The notes: generated from the letters alone by a model not told the origin. A stretch of DNA of 64,000 bases from Candidatus Cloacimonadota bacterium (GCA_963667255.1 OY762940.1:32001-96000), one strand, 5' to 3'; positions 1 to 10,871 are shown, numbered from the stretch's first letter. Numbers and translations: made by a program.

Positions 1-378
1 TTCATACACGACCACATCATTTTTTTTTAACACACTCCCGACAAGCTCACTCGCCTTACACAAAGGAGATAAATCAGGCCTATTATTTTTGTCAGTAGGG
101 GTAGGAACAGCCACAATATAAAAATTTGCCTCTCGAATATCTTCTATGTTTCCTGTAAAAAATACACCCTTTTCATTATTGGAGCTACTAATCGCTCTTT
201 GCAAATCATCTTTAGAAATTTCCAAGGTAGAGTCTTCGCCGCTTCTTAGCTCTAAAATTCTCTCTTCGTTTATATCAAAACCGATAGTCTCAAAATGTTT
301 GCCAAATTCTATCAATAAAGGCATTCCAACATAACCTAAGCCGATAATTGCTATTTTTGTCTTATCAAAATTATTCAT
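1..378 (-). CDS. Nucleotide-sugar dehydrogenase (UDP-GlcNAc/GalNAc 6-dehydrogenase, TviB/WbpO-like), N-terminal part; runs off the window
   Basis: Own translation from ATG 378: MNNFDKTKIAIIGLGYVGMPLLIEFGKHFETIGFDINEERI...FYIVAVPTPTDKNNRPDLSPL...VVVYE. Contains the GxGYVG Rossmann and VPTP motifs. Not in the ORF track. Confidence 0.9.
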   Translation of the reverse strand, partial: MNNFDKTKIAIIGLGYVGMPLLIEFGKHFETIGFDINEERILELRSGEDSTLEISKDDLQRAISSSNNEKGVFFTGNIEDIREANFYIVAVPTPTDKNNRPDLSPLCKASELVGSVLKKNDVVVYE

Positions 379-393
379 AAATTATTTACCAAC

Positions 394-1626
394 TCAACCT
401 TTCAAAATCTCTTCATAAAGTTCAATATATTTTTTTGCGATTACTTCGCTATCAAATTTTTTTAAAACTTTTTCTCTAGCATTCTTGCATAATCCGTCAT
501 AATTAGGACAGTTCAAAACCCATTCTATGCCTTCTGCCAAACTTTTCGGTTCAAAAGGAGTTGCACAATAACCGTTAATTTTATGGTCAACAATATCTTT
601 GGGACCAGTAGCATCAAAACAAACCACTGGAGTTCGGCAACACATCGCTTCAACCAAAGTCTTACCAAATGAATCCATCAAACTGGGAACAACAAAAACA
701 TCAGCGGCACTATACAACAGACGAAGAGAAACATTGTCATGCAAAAAGCCAAAATTTCTATACTCCACATCCAAACTACGAATGGCTCTTTCGTCCAATT
801 TCCCAAAAAGACAAAACAAATATTTATTTTTATCCAGCAATTTCACAGCTTCAATATATTTGGGAAAACCTTTCCAAACATCTTTTAAATTACCGGCACC
901 AACTAAAACTATCTTCTTCACCGTCTTTAAACCTAAAATTTCTCTTGCTCTTTCTTTATCGATAGGAAAAAATTCTGCCGTGTCAATATTGTTAGAAATC
1001 GTTCTAATATCAGAATTTTTAAACAATTTGCTTCCCGCAAGTGTCTCCGTCATCCAACTGCTAACACCAACGGCTCTAATATCCCTTGGTAAATATTTTT
1101 TCTTGCGATTAAAAACATATCGCGACAAATCGTATTTAAATTTACTCTGCAGCTGCACACAATTTCCGCAACCATTTTTATAATTATCACATTCAAAGGA
1201 GCAATGGCATCCACCGGTCATAGCCCACATATCTCGAACAGTCCAAACAATCGGCTTTTTGATTTTTGCAAGATGTTTAATGTTTACAAAACCTTTATTT
1301 ATCCAGTGCAAATGAATAATATCAGCATCTTTATATTCAGGAATTTTGGTAAAATCAACTCCAAAAACTCCCAAGCTAAACAAATCTTTTTTTCTGCGAG
1401 GATAAAATGCGGTAAATAAATTATCTATCTCGCCCCTAATTAAATTTTTGGCTTTGTCAAATTTTGATTTTACACAAGTTATTACGGATTTATCGCCAAA
1501 ATCAGTTTCGCTATTGGTGAATATTTTACTCTCAACTCCCAAATCCCTCAGTCCACAATGCAACCAATAAGCACCTCTGGCAGCACCACCAATCAAATCT
1601 CCGGCAACAATATGCAAAATTTTCAA
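394..1626 (-). CDS. Glycosyltransferase family 4 (WcaC-like)
   Basis: GGAARGA, DIIHLHW, WTVRDMWAMTGGCH, ADVFVVPS...SFGKTLVEAMCC motifs. Confidence 0.9.
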   Translation of the reverse strand: MKILHIVAGDLIGGAARGAYWLHCGLRDLGVESKIFTNSETDFGDKSVITCVKSKFDKAKNLIRGEIDNLFTAFYPRRKKDLFSLGVFGVDFTKIPEYKDADIIHLHWINKGFVNIKHLAKIKKPIVWTVRDMWAMTGGCHCSFECDNYKNGCGNCVQLQSKFKYDLSRYVFNRKKKYLPRDIRAVGVSSWMTETLAGSKLFKNSDIRTISNNIDTAEFFPIDKERAREILGLKTVKKIVLVGAGNLKDVWKGFPKYIEAVKLLDKNKYLFCLFGKLDERAIRSLDVEYRNFGFLHDNVSLRLLYSAADVFVVPSLMDSFGKTLVEAMCCRTPVVCFDATGPKDIVDHKINGYCATPFEPKSLAEGIEWVLNCPNYDGLCKNAREKVLKKFDSEVIAKKYIELYEEILKG

Positions 1627-3431
1627 ATCTCTACCTCATACAATTCAAGCCATGCCAAAAAAATAAAAACTAACCAATCGCTTCTCACTGCTTTTTTCTT
1701 TTTGACTCGAGAATGCAATTTTTTCAAGAAATCTGCTTTCAGAAAATAATTTGCTTTCAAACTCTCCAACACTCTCAAAAATCTGCTATTAAGAATCCCG
1801 TTCATCCAATCGGTAAAAGGCATCTCAAACCCGCTTTTCTTCCTCTGCCACACCTCTTTAGGTATCAAATTTTTTACCGAATCGACAAAAACAGCTTTCA
1901 ATTTCCCATCTCTGATTTTGAAAGAATCGTCCAAATTGAACACAAACTCCACCAGCTTATGGTCTAACAAAACAGGTCTGACTTCCATAGAGTTTGCCAT
2001 ACTCAAAACATCGTTATCACGAAGAAGTGTGTCCAACATATAGTTGTCAATCTCCGCTTTGCTAATCTTTTGAATGCTTGACAAATTTTCATAGTAAACT
2101 ATAGAATTTTTGTCAGCTGGCAAATTTAAAATTTTCTCCAAATTTGCATGAAAAGTCCTTTGCATATCCAAAGCAAGCTCTTCCCTAACTTCTGTAAATC
2201 TGTATTTGGAAGTAAACTGGTTTGCCTTTATAGAATTCAATTTCTCCGCGAAATCTGAAACAAGCCTTCTTTTTTGGGGAGAAAATTTCGCTATATTTCT
2301 GAAATGTGGATAACCGGCAAAAATCTCATCTCCGCCAAGACCGCTCAAAGCAACTTTAAGGTTCTTGCCTGTCTCTTTGCTGACAATATAAGTATTTATT
2401 CCATCAACACTTGGTTGATCAAGATGGCTTACAAAATCGTTGAAAATCAAATCAACATAATGGTCATCAATTTTAATATTGTGATGATTGCATGCCAAAA
2501 GTTTGGCTGTTTTAGAGGCTAAATCCGTTTCATCTTTTACCTTCGTTTTGGCTTTGAAACCCACACTATAAGTCTCAATTTTGTTCCCACTGATTTTTTT
2601 CATCAAAGCAACGACCGCCGTAGAATCCACACCTCCGCTCAAAAAAGCACCGACCTTCACATCCGCAATCATATGGTATTGAGTGGCTATCTCCAATTCG
2701 CTTCTTAGCTTTTTCACCGCCTCATCATAATTATCTATTTTGGGATTTTTTTTAGCTTCAAAGACATAATCATAATATTTTTTAATCTCATATTTTCTAT
2801 TCAAATCAACTCTCATAAGATGCCCGGGCATCAGTTGGAAAACATCTTCTAAGATTGTTTTCGGTTGCTTAACTGCACCATATCTAAAATAATCGTTTAT
2901 AGCCTGAGAAGACAATTTTTTAGGGACAAAAGCAGATTTTAGAATTGGCTTCAACTCAGAAGAAAAAACAAATTGCTCATTTAAAAACGAATAAATAAGC
3001 GGTTTAATGCCAAATCTATCCCGTGCCAAAAAAAGATGTTTCTTCCGTTTATCATAAATGCAAAAAGCGAACATCCCTCTAAAAAGTTCCACACATTTTT
3101 CACCAAATTCTATGTAGCTATTTAGAACAACTTCCGAGTCAGATTCCGTGAAAAATTTATATCCCAAATTGATAAGATTTTTCTTGATTTCCTGATAATT
3201 GTAAATTTCTCCATTGAAAACAAGCACAAAATTTCCATCATCACCCATCATCGGCTGATTAGCATTATCTGACAAATCAATAATAGAGAGCCTGGTATGC
3301 CCTAAAGCAACACAACTATTTTCATCACAAAAAAAACCTTTCCCATCAGGACCTCTGTGAGAAAGTTCTTTTGAAAAAATAGGTTCTATTTCTTTAAAAT
3401 CTTTACCGATACTTCCGTATATGCCACACAT
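1623..3431 (-). CDS. asnB: Asparagine synthase (glutamine-hydrolysing) family amidotransferase
   Basis: MCGI N-terminus, HRGPD, FNGEIYN, RDRFGIKPL, LSGGVDS, SGLGGDEIFAGY. In this context it probably amidates a sugar. Confidence 0.92.
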   Translation of the reverse strand: MCGIYGSIGKDFKEIEPIFSKELSHRGPDGKGFFCDENSCVALGHTRLSIIDLSDNANQPMMGDDGNFVLVFNGEIYNYQEIKKNLINLGYKFFTESDSEVVLNSYIEFGEKCVELFRGMFAFCIYDKRKKHLFLARDRFGIKPLIYSFLNEQFVFSSELKPILKSAFVPKKLSSQAINDYFRYGAVKQPKTILEDVFQLMPGHLMRVDLNRKYEIKKYYDYVFEAKKNPKIDNYDEAVKKLRSELEIATQYHMIADVKVGAFLSGGVDSTAVVALMKKISGNKIETYSVGFKAKTKVKDETDLASKTAKLLACNHHNIKIDDHYVDLIFNDFVSHLDQPSVDGINTYIVSKETGKNLKVALSGLGGDEIFAGYPHFRNIAKFSPQKRRLVSDFAEKLNSIKANQFTSKYRFTEVREELALDMQRTFHANLEKILNLPADKNSIVYYENLSSIQKISKAEIDNYMLDTLLRDNDVLSMANSMEVRPVLLDHKLVEFVFNLDDSFKIRDGKLKAVFVDSVKNLIPKEVWQRKKSGFEMPFTDWMNGILNSRFLRVLESLKANYFLKADFLKKLHSRVKKKKAVRSDWLVFIFLAWLELYEVEI

Positions 3432-3548
3432 TAAATACTCTTTTGAAATAATTACGAAACTTCACAATTAATATATTCCTTGAAAATAATATCTTATTTT
3501 TACACTTACCAAACAACATCCACACTTACAAATATGAAAAAACAACTT

Positions 3549-4457
3549 TCACAGTGAATTATTTAATGTTTTATAACTTGCTGGATGACCAGAAACAAAG
3601 TTGGATAAATAATACTTCGCAGATTCATAATGATTTTCAGCAGTAAATGGTCTTAAAAAATGGTCCCCCACAATATCCTCTCTAACAAAAAAAGCATTTA
3701 CTCCTGTAATATTACAACCAACAAGACAATATCCTTCAATATTTTTTTCCAAAAACTTCAATGAAGCTCCAAAATAATCATCACCATTCCATATATGCAA
3801 TTCATTGTAATTCATACAAAATAATAATGAAGAAGAAAACTTTGCATTATATTCAATTACAAGAACCCTAGGGTTTATACATGTTATTGCATTGAAAATA
3901 TGAAAATCATTTCCGTCAATATCAACAGACAACAAATCTATCTCATCAGTGTCAATTTCGCGAGAGATTAATTCATTAATATTATCTTTAGTTATAAATG
4001 AATTTACAACTTTTAATTTACCACATTTTATAATTTTATTTAATTCATTTTTTATAGTATGAACTGCCTCCGTCGAACCATCAATCCATAAGCCCTTCCA
4101 ACCATCTAAAAGAAGAGCTGCCGTATTATTTTCTAAACCATCTCCTATCCCAAACTCAACAAATAACTTATTAGTCGTCCCAATTCTTGAAAAAATCTCA
4201 CTTATAATTCCATCTTCATCATTTTGAGAATATATTTTATACCCAAATCTAATCAGTGATTTAGGATTTTGATAACGAGACATATTTTTAATTTTTTCTA
4301 ACTCATTATGCATCATAATTTTTCGGATGTTAGAATTGTGAGAATTAAATCTCTTCAAAAAATTATCAACTTTCTCTTTAAATTTTACATATAACATACT
4401 AATATCTCCAATATTTTCTTTAGCATTTAATAAATTGAAATTATCCCTTTCAAACAA
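3549..4457 (-). CDS. SAM-dependent methyltransferase-like protein (FkbM-related); true start uncertain
   Basis: YSQNDEDGII, FVEFGIGDGLENN, DLLSVDIDGND, PRVLVIEYN. Confidence 0.7.
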   Translation of the reverse strand: MFERDNFNLLNAKENIGDISMLYVKFKEKVDNFLKRFNSHNSNIRKIMMHNELEKIKNMSRYQNPKSLIRFGYKIYSQNDEDGIISEIFSRIGTTNKLFVEFGIGDGLENNTAALLLDGWKGLWIDGSTEAVHTIKNELNKIIKCGKLKVVNSFITKDNINELISREIDTDEIDLLSVDIDGNDFHIFNAITCINPRVLVIEYNAKFSSSLLFCMNYNELHIWNGDDYFGASLKFLEKNIEGYCLVGCNITGVNAFFVREDIVGDHFLRPFTAENHYESAKYYLSNFVSGHPASYKTLNNSL

Positions 4458-4503
4458 TATTTAATAACTATTTATCTTAATCTCTCCGAATTAATAGCAA
4501 AAA

Positions 4504-4578
4504 CTAAGAATATAACAATCTGGTATTTAGCAACCATTCCTTTTCGCTTTTACCGATCGTTCCGTATATGCCACACAT
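4504..4578 (-). pseudogene. Vestigial 5' fragment of a second asnB-like gene
   Basis: Translates MCGIYGTIGKSEKEWLLNTRLLYS*. The first 30 nt match the asnB start (3402-3431) at 28/30. Confidence 0.75.
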
Positions 4579-4580
4579 TG

Positions 4581-5672
4581 TTATTCTAAAATATCATGCA
4601 AATATTTTTCTAATTGGTCTAATGTAAAATTAGATAGCACTTTTTCTTTTGCATTTTTCCCAAACTCCATTCTTTTATTTTTGTCTTCAATCAAAAATTT
4701 CATTTTTTGAGAAATATCTGTTGCAGAAAAAGGACTACATTCCAATCCATTTTTTTTATTCTCAATAATGTCTGTTGAACCTCCAATATTTGGACCCATT
4801 AACGGCAATTCATACATTGCAGCCTCAATAAACACAATACCAAATCCTTCTCCTTCAGGCTTTCTTGGATTAAGAGAAACATTGCTCGGCATGATAAAAA
4901 CATCGCTATTACTATAAACCTTTACAAGTTCTTCATCAGAGAGATAACCACAAAAATTCACATACTTTTCTATTTTATATTTTGAAACAAGTTTTTTTAA
5001 TCTATCTAAATCATCGCCTTTACCCACAATATTATACTCTATGTTTTTAATTCTTTCCTGATTTACTAAAATATGCATCGCTTCAATAACCTTATCATGC
5101 CCCTTATATTTTTCTTTAGCTGACAATCTCCCTACAGTCAAGAACTTAATTACATCACAGAATCTCTTCCGGCTACTTATTTTAGGAAAATTTAAAACAT
5201 TCAATACAGGAGGAATATAAACAATATCCCCCATAAAACCTTGATTTTTAATTTGTTGAGTAGTAAACGAGCTAATAGAAATTACTTTATCTAAAAACAT
5301 TAATTTTCTATTTATTTTTTTAAATCTACCCGCCCAACAATCTATCCCATATACGAACAAATGATATTTTTTTTCATAGCAAGCAACTATTTTTTCCATA
5401 TGGTTTGTTAGATAGAGATGCCCACATAAAAACAAATCAATCTTCTCATTCTTTTTTCTTAGCCTTTTCCCTATCATTTTGCCCAAAAAAAATTTGTTTA
5501 ACAATTGATTACTTTTAAAATTCACATTCTCAAACTTATCATTTTTACCATTAATAGTATGCACTATTATAGTATGCCCTTTACTCTTTAAAAAATTTAA
5601 TATTGTAAAAGAGTAGTTTTCTATTCCTCCAGCCCCTTCATTTAATGAATAACCCAAATAAAATATAATCAT
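4581..5672 (-). CDS. Glycosyltransferase family 4
   Basis: GGIE, TVGRL..KYKGHD, DVFIMPS, EGFGIVFIEAA. Confidence 0.9.
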   Translation of the reverse strand: MIIFYLGYSLNEGAGGIENYSFTILNFLKSKGHTIIVHTINGKNDKFENVNFKSNQLLNKFFLGKMIGKRLRKKNEKIDLFLCGHLYLTNHMEKIVACYEKKYHLFVYGIDCWAGRFKKINRKLMFLDKVISISSFTTQQIKNQGFMGDIVYIPPVLNVLNFPKISSRKRFCDVIKFLTVGRLSAKEKYKGHDKVIEAMHILVNQERIKNIEYNIVGKGDDLDRLKKLVSKYKIEKYVNFCGYLSDEELVKVYSNSDVFIMPSNVSLNPRKPEGEGFGIVFIEAAMYELPLMGPNIGGSTDIIENKKNGLECSPFSATDISQKMKFLIEDKNKRMEFGKNAKEKVLSNFTLDQLEKYLHDILE

Positions 5673-5673
5673 C

Positions 5674-6645
5674 TTATTTGTTTCCCATTAAGTTAACTTC
5701 TTCTTCAATCATTTCTTCTATAATTTTTTCAAATGACTTAGTTTCCTTCCAACCTAAATTTCTTATTTTTTGAGAATCTCCACACAAATTAATCTTTTCC
5801 TCTTTTCTAAAAAATTTCTCATTACTTACAACATATTTTTTGTAATCTAATCCAAAATAATCAAACACAATTTTTACAACATCTTTCACTTTATGAAGTT
5901 TATTGGTAGAAATAATATAATCATCAGCCTTTTTTTGCTGTAAGATAAGCCACATTGCCTCAACATAGTCAGGTGCATACCCCCAATCTCTCCTCGCTTC
6001 TAAATTTCCTAATTCTAACTTCTCCATTTCCCCATATGCAATTTTTACCGCTGAAGAAACAATTTTTTTTACCACAAATTGAGGACCTCTTCTTGGAGAT
6101 TCATGATTATACATGATTCCAATAGAAGCAAAAATATTTTCTTTTGCCCTGAAATTCTTTAACAAATAATAACTTGCTATCTTAGCGATACCATAAATTG
6201 ATCTTGGGTTAAAAGAAGATTTTTCATTCTGGGGACAACAATCGGGTTCGCCAAACATTTCACTAGATCCAGCAAAAAAAAATCGACATGCTGGAACGAG
6301 TTCCTTAATAACATTTAAAATATGCAAAGTCGAATTAAAATTAACATCCATAATGCTAATCTCGTCTTCCATTTCATAATTTACAAAACTCTTTGCTGCT
6401 AAATGGTAAAATTCATCTGGTAAAATTTTACCAATTATTTTGTATAAAGACAATATCTCCGTGATAGATACAGAAATTAGTGTTAAGTCATTTTTTATTT
6501 TTGCTATATTTTTGAATTTTTCTGATGGATTTTCTATACTCTCTCTACTCACAAAACCATATACTTGATATCCTTTTGACAATAATAATTCGGCTAAATA
6601 ACTTCCATCCTGCCCCGTAATCCCTGTAATAATTGCTTTTTTCAC
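5674..6645 (-). CDS. GDP-mannose 4,6-dehydratase-family SDR (second, divergent paralog)
   Basis: ITGITGQDGSYL, SSEMFG, PRSIYGIAK, NHESPRRG, LGNL.ARRDWGYAPDYV. Confidence 0.85.
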   Translation of the reverse strand: MKKAIITGITGQDGSYLAELLLSKGYQVYGFVSRESIENPSEKFKNIAKIKNDLTLISVSITEILSLYKIIGKILPDEFYHLAAKSFVNYEMEDEISIMDVNFNSTLHILNVIKELVPACRFFFAGSSEMFGEPDCCPQNEKSSFNPRSIYGIAKIASYYLLKNFRAKENIFASIGIMYNHESPRRGPQFVVKKIVSSAVKIAYGEMEKLELGNLEARRDWGYAPDYVEAMWLILQQKKADDYIISTNKLHKVKDVVKIVFDYFGLDYKKYVVSNEKFFRKEEKINLCGDSQKIRNLGWKETKSFEKIIEEMIEEEVNLMGNK

Positions 6646-6696
6646 TTTTTGATTATCCTCAATAAATTTTGTGTCGGAATAAACCCATTATTAATT

Positions 6697-7544
6697 TTAT
6701 GATTTTATATAGAGAACAAGTCCTCTATCACCACCATAATATTTATTCCCTATAGTTCCACTTAACAAATCATATGTTACATAATTCTTTTTATTCATAT
6801 AAGTTAAAATTTCATCTATTTTGACATTGTTAGCCGTAAGTGCTTCATATTATGTTCAAGGAAAACAATACAATTATATTTATCAAGAAATTTATCCATA
6901 CCCTTCAAAACATTTAATTCAAACCCTTCTACATCAATTTTAAACATATTAATAGAATTTAAATTTAATTCCATGGGCTCTGCAAATTCATCAAAAGTAA
7001 CACATTTTACATTCTCGTATTCACAATCATTTCCAAACTTAGGAACAAGTGAACTTGAGCCAGAATTATTATTCCCTGCATAATATATACGATTAACACC
7101 TGCCTTATCAGATATTGCCATATCCATTATGTGACAGTTAGATAAATAATTTAATTCTATATTTTTATTTAACCTTCCCCTGTTTTTTGAAAATGGTTCA
7201 AAAGAATAAATATTACATGTCTCCATTAAACAACCTATCTTTACTGAATAATACCCATGATTTGCTCCAATATCAAAAAAATTATCTATTTTACTTGATT
7301 TTGCCAATTTCAACAAAACTTTTTCATAAGGTTCTTCAATATCATAGGATCCTGTTATAAAACATCTATAGTTAAGCCAATCCTTTGTAGATACAAAAAA
7401 CTTTTCCCCAGTTCGTAATGTTATAACTTCTTTATGATTAATATTGCGTATGTAATTTAAAATTCCTAATCTTTTAAAAATTGCTCTAGCAAATATATTT
7501 TTTCTACAAAACTTTCCGATAGTACTTGATAGTCATCTTTCCAA
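6697..7544 (-). pseudogene. FkbM-family methyltransferase with a nonsense codon at codon 4 and a frameshift near 6848
   Basis: RBS + TTG GAA AGA TGA (TGA at 7533-7535), then an open frame into the track ORF (FDIGANHGYY, FEP, KIDVEGFE). The C-terminus EALTANNVKIDEILTYMNKKNY...IKS* continues in another frame to 6697. Confidence 0.75.
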
Positions 7545-7554
7545 TTTCCTTTCC

Positions 7555-8502
7555 TCAACAAATTTTCTTAATCATAATTTTCACTTTATTAATAGTTTTA
7601 GTAAATAAACAATCATTCTTCCTAACATGTTTCCAAAGCACTTCTTTAAAATCAGCATCATCAAAAACAAATCTTGGCTCTTTCAACGGGAATTTTAATT
7701 CGCTTGCCAATATCTTAGCTCTCTTCCCCCCATCTCCAAAAGTATGCGTAGCATCATCTCCAAATCCTATATTTTGAATTAAACTTTTTGTCGGAACAAT
7801 AGATAAGCCCGCATTTTTGGCAATCGCAAAGTCAAATTGGTAATCCCAAGTATCTATTTCACCATTATATGTTTTTTCAAAAATTTTATTTCTTGTTTTA
7901 TTAAAAGGATAAGTTTCTGACATTCTCGCATTTCTAACAAATTGCCAATCTTTCATCTCCACATCAAATTCACTCCAAGATCTTTTCCAACTTGCCCAAC
8001 CCCACATCTGTCCAAGATGTGTAAAAAAATAATCCGATTCAGCAACAAGTTTATCAGATAAAAGATTGTATCCTCCAATTCTCATAATCCGCTTATCATC
8101 TTTGTATTTAACTAACAATTCTTCACAAAATCTAAAAAAACTCTGCGACGGTAAACAATCATCCTCAAGAATTATTCCCATTTCTTCGTTATCAAAAAAC
8201 CAATCTATCGCACTGCTAACTGCATATTTACATCCTAAATTTTTTTCGCGGAATAATGTCTTAACTTCACAATCCCAATCAATATTTGACATAACGAATT
8301 TTTGAACTTTTTCACAAATCTCTTTCTCGCCAGATTTATTTTCTCTAGGACCATCAGCTGCAATATATAATCTTGGGGGTTTTGCTATTTTAATTGATTC
8401 AAAAACTTTTTTGGTTGTATCAAGACGATTGAAAATCAAAAAAAGAACTGCTGTATTCAACGAAAATTCTTGAGAATTTCCCTCTTGTTTTACTTCTTCC
8501 AT
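7555..8502 (-). CDS. Nucleotide-diphospho-sugar transferase (HlpA-like GT-A fold)
   Basis: VLFLIFNRLD, IAADGPR, NLGCK, IILEDDC, WGWASW, NIGFG. Confidence 0.8.
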   Translation of the reverse strand: MEEVKQEGNSQEFSLNTAVLFLIFNRLDTTKKVFESIKIAKPPRLYIAADGPRENKSGEKEICEKVQKFVMSNIDWDCEVKTLFREKNLGCKYAVSSAIDWFFDNEEMGIILEDDCLPSQSFFRFCEELLVKYKDDKRIMRIGGYNLLSDKLVAESDYFFTHLGQMWGWASWKRSWSEFDVEMKDWQFVRNARMSETYPFNKTRNKIFEKTYNGEIDTWDYQFDFAIAKNAGLSIVPTKSLIQNIGFGDDATHTFGDGGKRAKILASELKFPLKEPRFVFDDADFKEVLWKHVRKNDCLFTKTINKVKIMIKKIC

Positions 8503-9392
8503 TATCTGAACTCCAAGTTCTTTATCTCTTCAATATACTCTTTTATGGATTTTTTGGCTTTCCAACCCAAAGATTCTGTTTTAGCTGCCATCACTTCGGC
8601 GGTCATTCTGTTACCTTTTCTCTCAGGCAACATCTCGACTTTGCCACCAAACATTTTCGCAATTTCCAAAATGGTATAAGCTTCTTGATTTCCTATTCCA
8701 AATTCGTCGCCATAACCATTTTCACCTACCAAAACCAAACCATCAATAATATCATCAATATAAGTAAAATTTCTTTTTTGAGTTCCGGGACTCACCACCG
8801 TGAGAGGCTCTCCATTTTTCATTTTCTCCTTGAAAAGAGCAATCAAAGTAGCATATTTCCCTGTAGCAATTTCTCTTGAACCATAAACATTGTAAAAGTA
8901 AGTAATCGCATAAGGAATGTTATACCAATTACCATAGTTGATAACAAGCTCAGTATTGCTCGCCTTCGTCCAAGCGTAAGGAGAAGCACATCTGCCAAGT
9001 CCGCCATCACCAAATTTTGTGCTACTACCGGCATAAATCAACTTGCAGCCAACTTTTCGGACAAATTCCAAAACAGAAAAAGTTCCCTTTTTGTTGTATT
9101 CCCAAACAGTTTCAATATCATCGAAACTTTGTTCAACTCGGCTATACTCTCCAAGATGATAAATAATGTCGGGGGAAAAATTGATTGATTGAGAAATCTC
9201 CGAAGTGTTGCCTTTTATATAGGTTACATTCTTTACATGATTAGCCACACTACCAGTAAAATAGTTGTCCAAGCTATAAACTTCGTTATTTGTATCTTTC
9301 GCCAATCTCTCACAAAGATGACTTCCCACAAAACCGGCACCACCGGTAATAAGAATTTTTTTCATACTTCCTTCATAAATATTATTTAGCAT
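8502..9392 (-). CDS. NAD-dependent epimerase/dehydratase (likely start ATG 9365)
   Basis: ITGGAGFVGSHL, SPYAWTK (YxxxK), FYNVYG, RNFTYIDD. Confidence 0.9.
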   Translation of the reverse strand: MLNNIYEGSMKKILITGGAGFVGSHLCERLAKDTNNEVYSLDNYFTGSVANHVKNVTYIKGNTSEISQSINFSPDIIYHLGEYSRVEQSFDDIETVWEYNKKGTFSVLEFVRKVGCKLIYAGSSTKFGDGGLGRCASPYAWTKASNTELVINYGNWYNIPYAITYFYNVYGSREIATGKYATLIALFKEKMKNGEPLTVVSPGTQKRNFTYIDDIIDGLVLVGENGYGDEFGIGNQEAYTILEIAKMFGGKVEMLPERKGNRMTAEVMAAKTESLGWKAKKSIKEYIEEIKNLEFR

Positions 9393-9426
9393 TTAAAATT
9401 GGTCTGATTCTGTTTCAATATACTTG

Positions 9427-9454
9427 TTTATAGTAGTTTTTAATATTTTGTCAA
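9427..9454 (-). promoter_or_regulatory. Possible internal sigma70-like promoter
   Basis: Minus strand TTGACA-16 nt-TATAAA in the intergenic gap upstream of the epimerase. Confidence 0.35.
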
Positions 9455-9523
9455 ATTATTACTTATTTCTTGCTTAACAAGTTCGTTAAATTCTTCCAGT
9501 TTATTGCTATTTTTTTAAAGTTC

Positions 9524-10660
9524 CTACCTAAACTCATCATATATCTCCAAAATTTTTTTATTTCTAAGTTCTATTGTGTAGTCTTTATAGTATTTTTTTA
9601 TAGCATTTTGTGTTTGTTTTTCTATAAAATTTCTATCTTCACTATACTTAATAAAAGACTTTACAAGCTCATCTATAACATTATCAAAATTACCATTTGA
9701 AATATACTCTTTGACTATTTTATGAAATTCTTTGCTTGTTTTCCACACTATGCCATATTTATCTACATCATATATATTTATTGGAACATCTATTTCCACC
9801 CCGTTATTATTATCAATAAAATCTCTTTGATGTTGTGTTTTATAAGTAATGATTGGCTTACCATAAGAAGTAGCTTCAACAGCTATAATTCCATCTGTTA
9901 AAGTTAATGCTAAAACTACATCTGCATCCTTATAAAGTTTATTCTTTAGTTCACTTGATAATGGTACCTGTTTTATTAATTTAATATCTTTTTGAAGATT
10001 TTCTTCTACCTCTTTTGGTATATCATGACTAACAAGTGTCAAAGTCGAACTTGTTCTATCCATAGACTTAAATTCCCCCCATGCTTTAAGAGCTATCTCT
10101 ACACCTTTTGCTTGATAGTTAGAAGCTATAAATAAAAAATTTAAAGAATTTTCTATTTGCTTTTTGCCAATAGCAATATTATCCTTCCAAGGAATTGCTA
10201 TGACGACTGATTTTTCTAAAATTTTTTCCCCGGGAAAATAGTATCTAGTAAGATCTTTTTGACCATTTGAAATAAATATAATCTTTTTAAGATTTTTGTT
10301 CAAATAAAGTTCTTTTATTTTCTCTCGTCTATTGTAGTATTCTATTGGTTCACGAGGAAAAATTTCATAAGAAGCTATAATAGAAAAAGCATGATCTATT
10401 ACTTCGAGAATGCAACTTTGTTCTAAATCTTTTTTATTTCCACCCAACACCAAATGTAAGAGATTTGCATCTTTTTTATTTAAATATTTTATTGGAGGCT
10501 TACTTTTTAATTCATCAAAAACTGGATGAACAAGATCAGCTTTATATGGAAAATAAATTTTATAAGGATTAAATACTTTCCCCTCCCTATAAATATATTC
10601 ACCTATTATCTTTAGTCTTTTTATCCATCTGTTGGGTTTAATAATTTGTGAAATACTCAT
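9524..10660 (-). CDS. Glycosyltransferase (GT4-like)
   Basis: FLFIASNYQAKG, ADVV, VEATSYGKPII in the C-terminal GT-B domain. Confidence 0.7.
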   Translation of the reverse strand: MSISQIIKPNRWIKRLKIIGEYIYREGKVFNPYKIYFPYKADLVHPVFDELKSKPPIKYLNKKDANLLHLVLGGNKKDLEQSCILEVIDHAFSIIASYEIFPREPIEYYNRREKIKELYLNKNLKKIIFISNGQKDLTRYYFPGEKILEKSVVIAIPWKDNIAIGKKQIENSLNFLFIASNYQAKGVEIALKAWGEFKSMDRTSSTLTLVSHDIPKEVEENLQKDIKLIKQVPLSSELKNKLYKDADVVLALTLTDGIIAVEATSYGKPIITYKTQHQRDFIDNNNGVEIDVPINIYDVDKYGIVWKTSKEFHKIVKEYISNGNFDNVIDELVKSFIKYSEDRNFIEKQTQNAIKKYYKDYTIELRNKKILEIYDEFR

Positions 10661-10681
10661 TGCAATCTCCTTCTTTTTCTA

Positions 10682-10816
10682 AGTCAAATCTCATTTATGG
10701 TGTAAATTCTCTCATATTTTAATTTTTTACAAAATTTTCTGCTAACTTAAACTTTTTCTGTAAATTAGCTTTCTCCTCTTTGTACTACATTCATATACAG
10801 TAGATCCTCTGTCCAT
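10682..10816 (-). mobile_element. Degenerate IS256-family 3'-end fragment
   Basis: Diverged direct repeat of 10995-11130 (agtcaa..tcattt.tggtg.aaattctctcat...). Confidence 0.65.
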
Positions 10817-10871
10817 TTTTTTTCGCCCTCATTTTTGGGTATTTAATCTACAAATTTTGTTAATAATTTTT

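Noticed and set aside
7533..7535. TGA recoding (Sec/Trp/Gly) in the FkbM gene
   Set aside because: TGA ends many normal genes here, and the same gene has a second, frameshift lesion.
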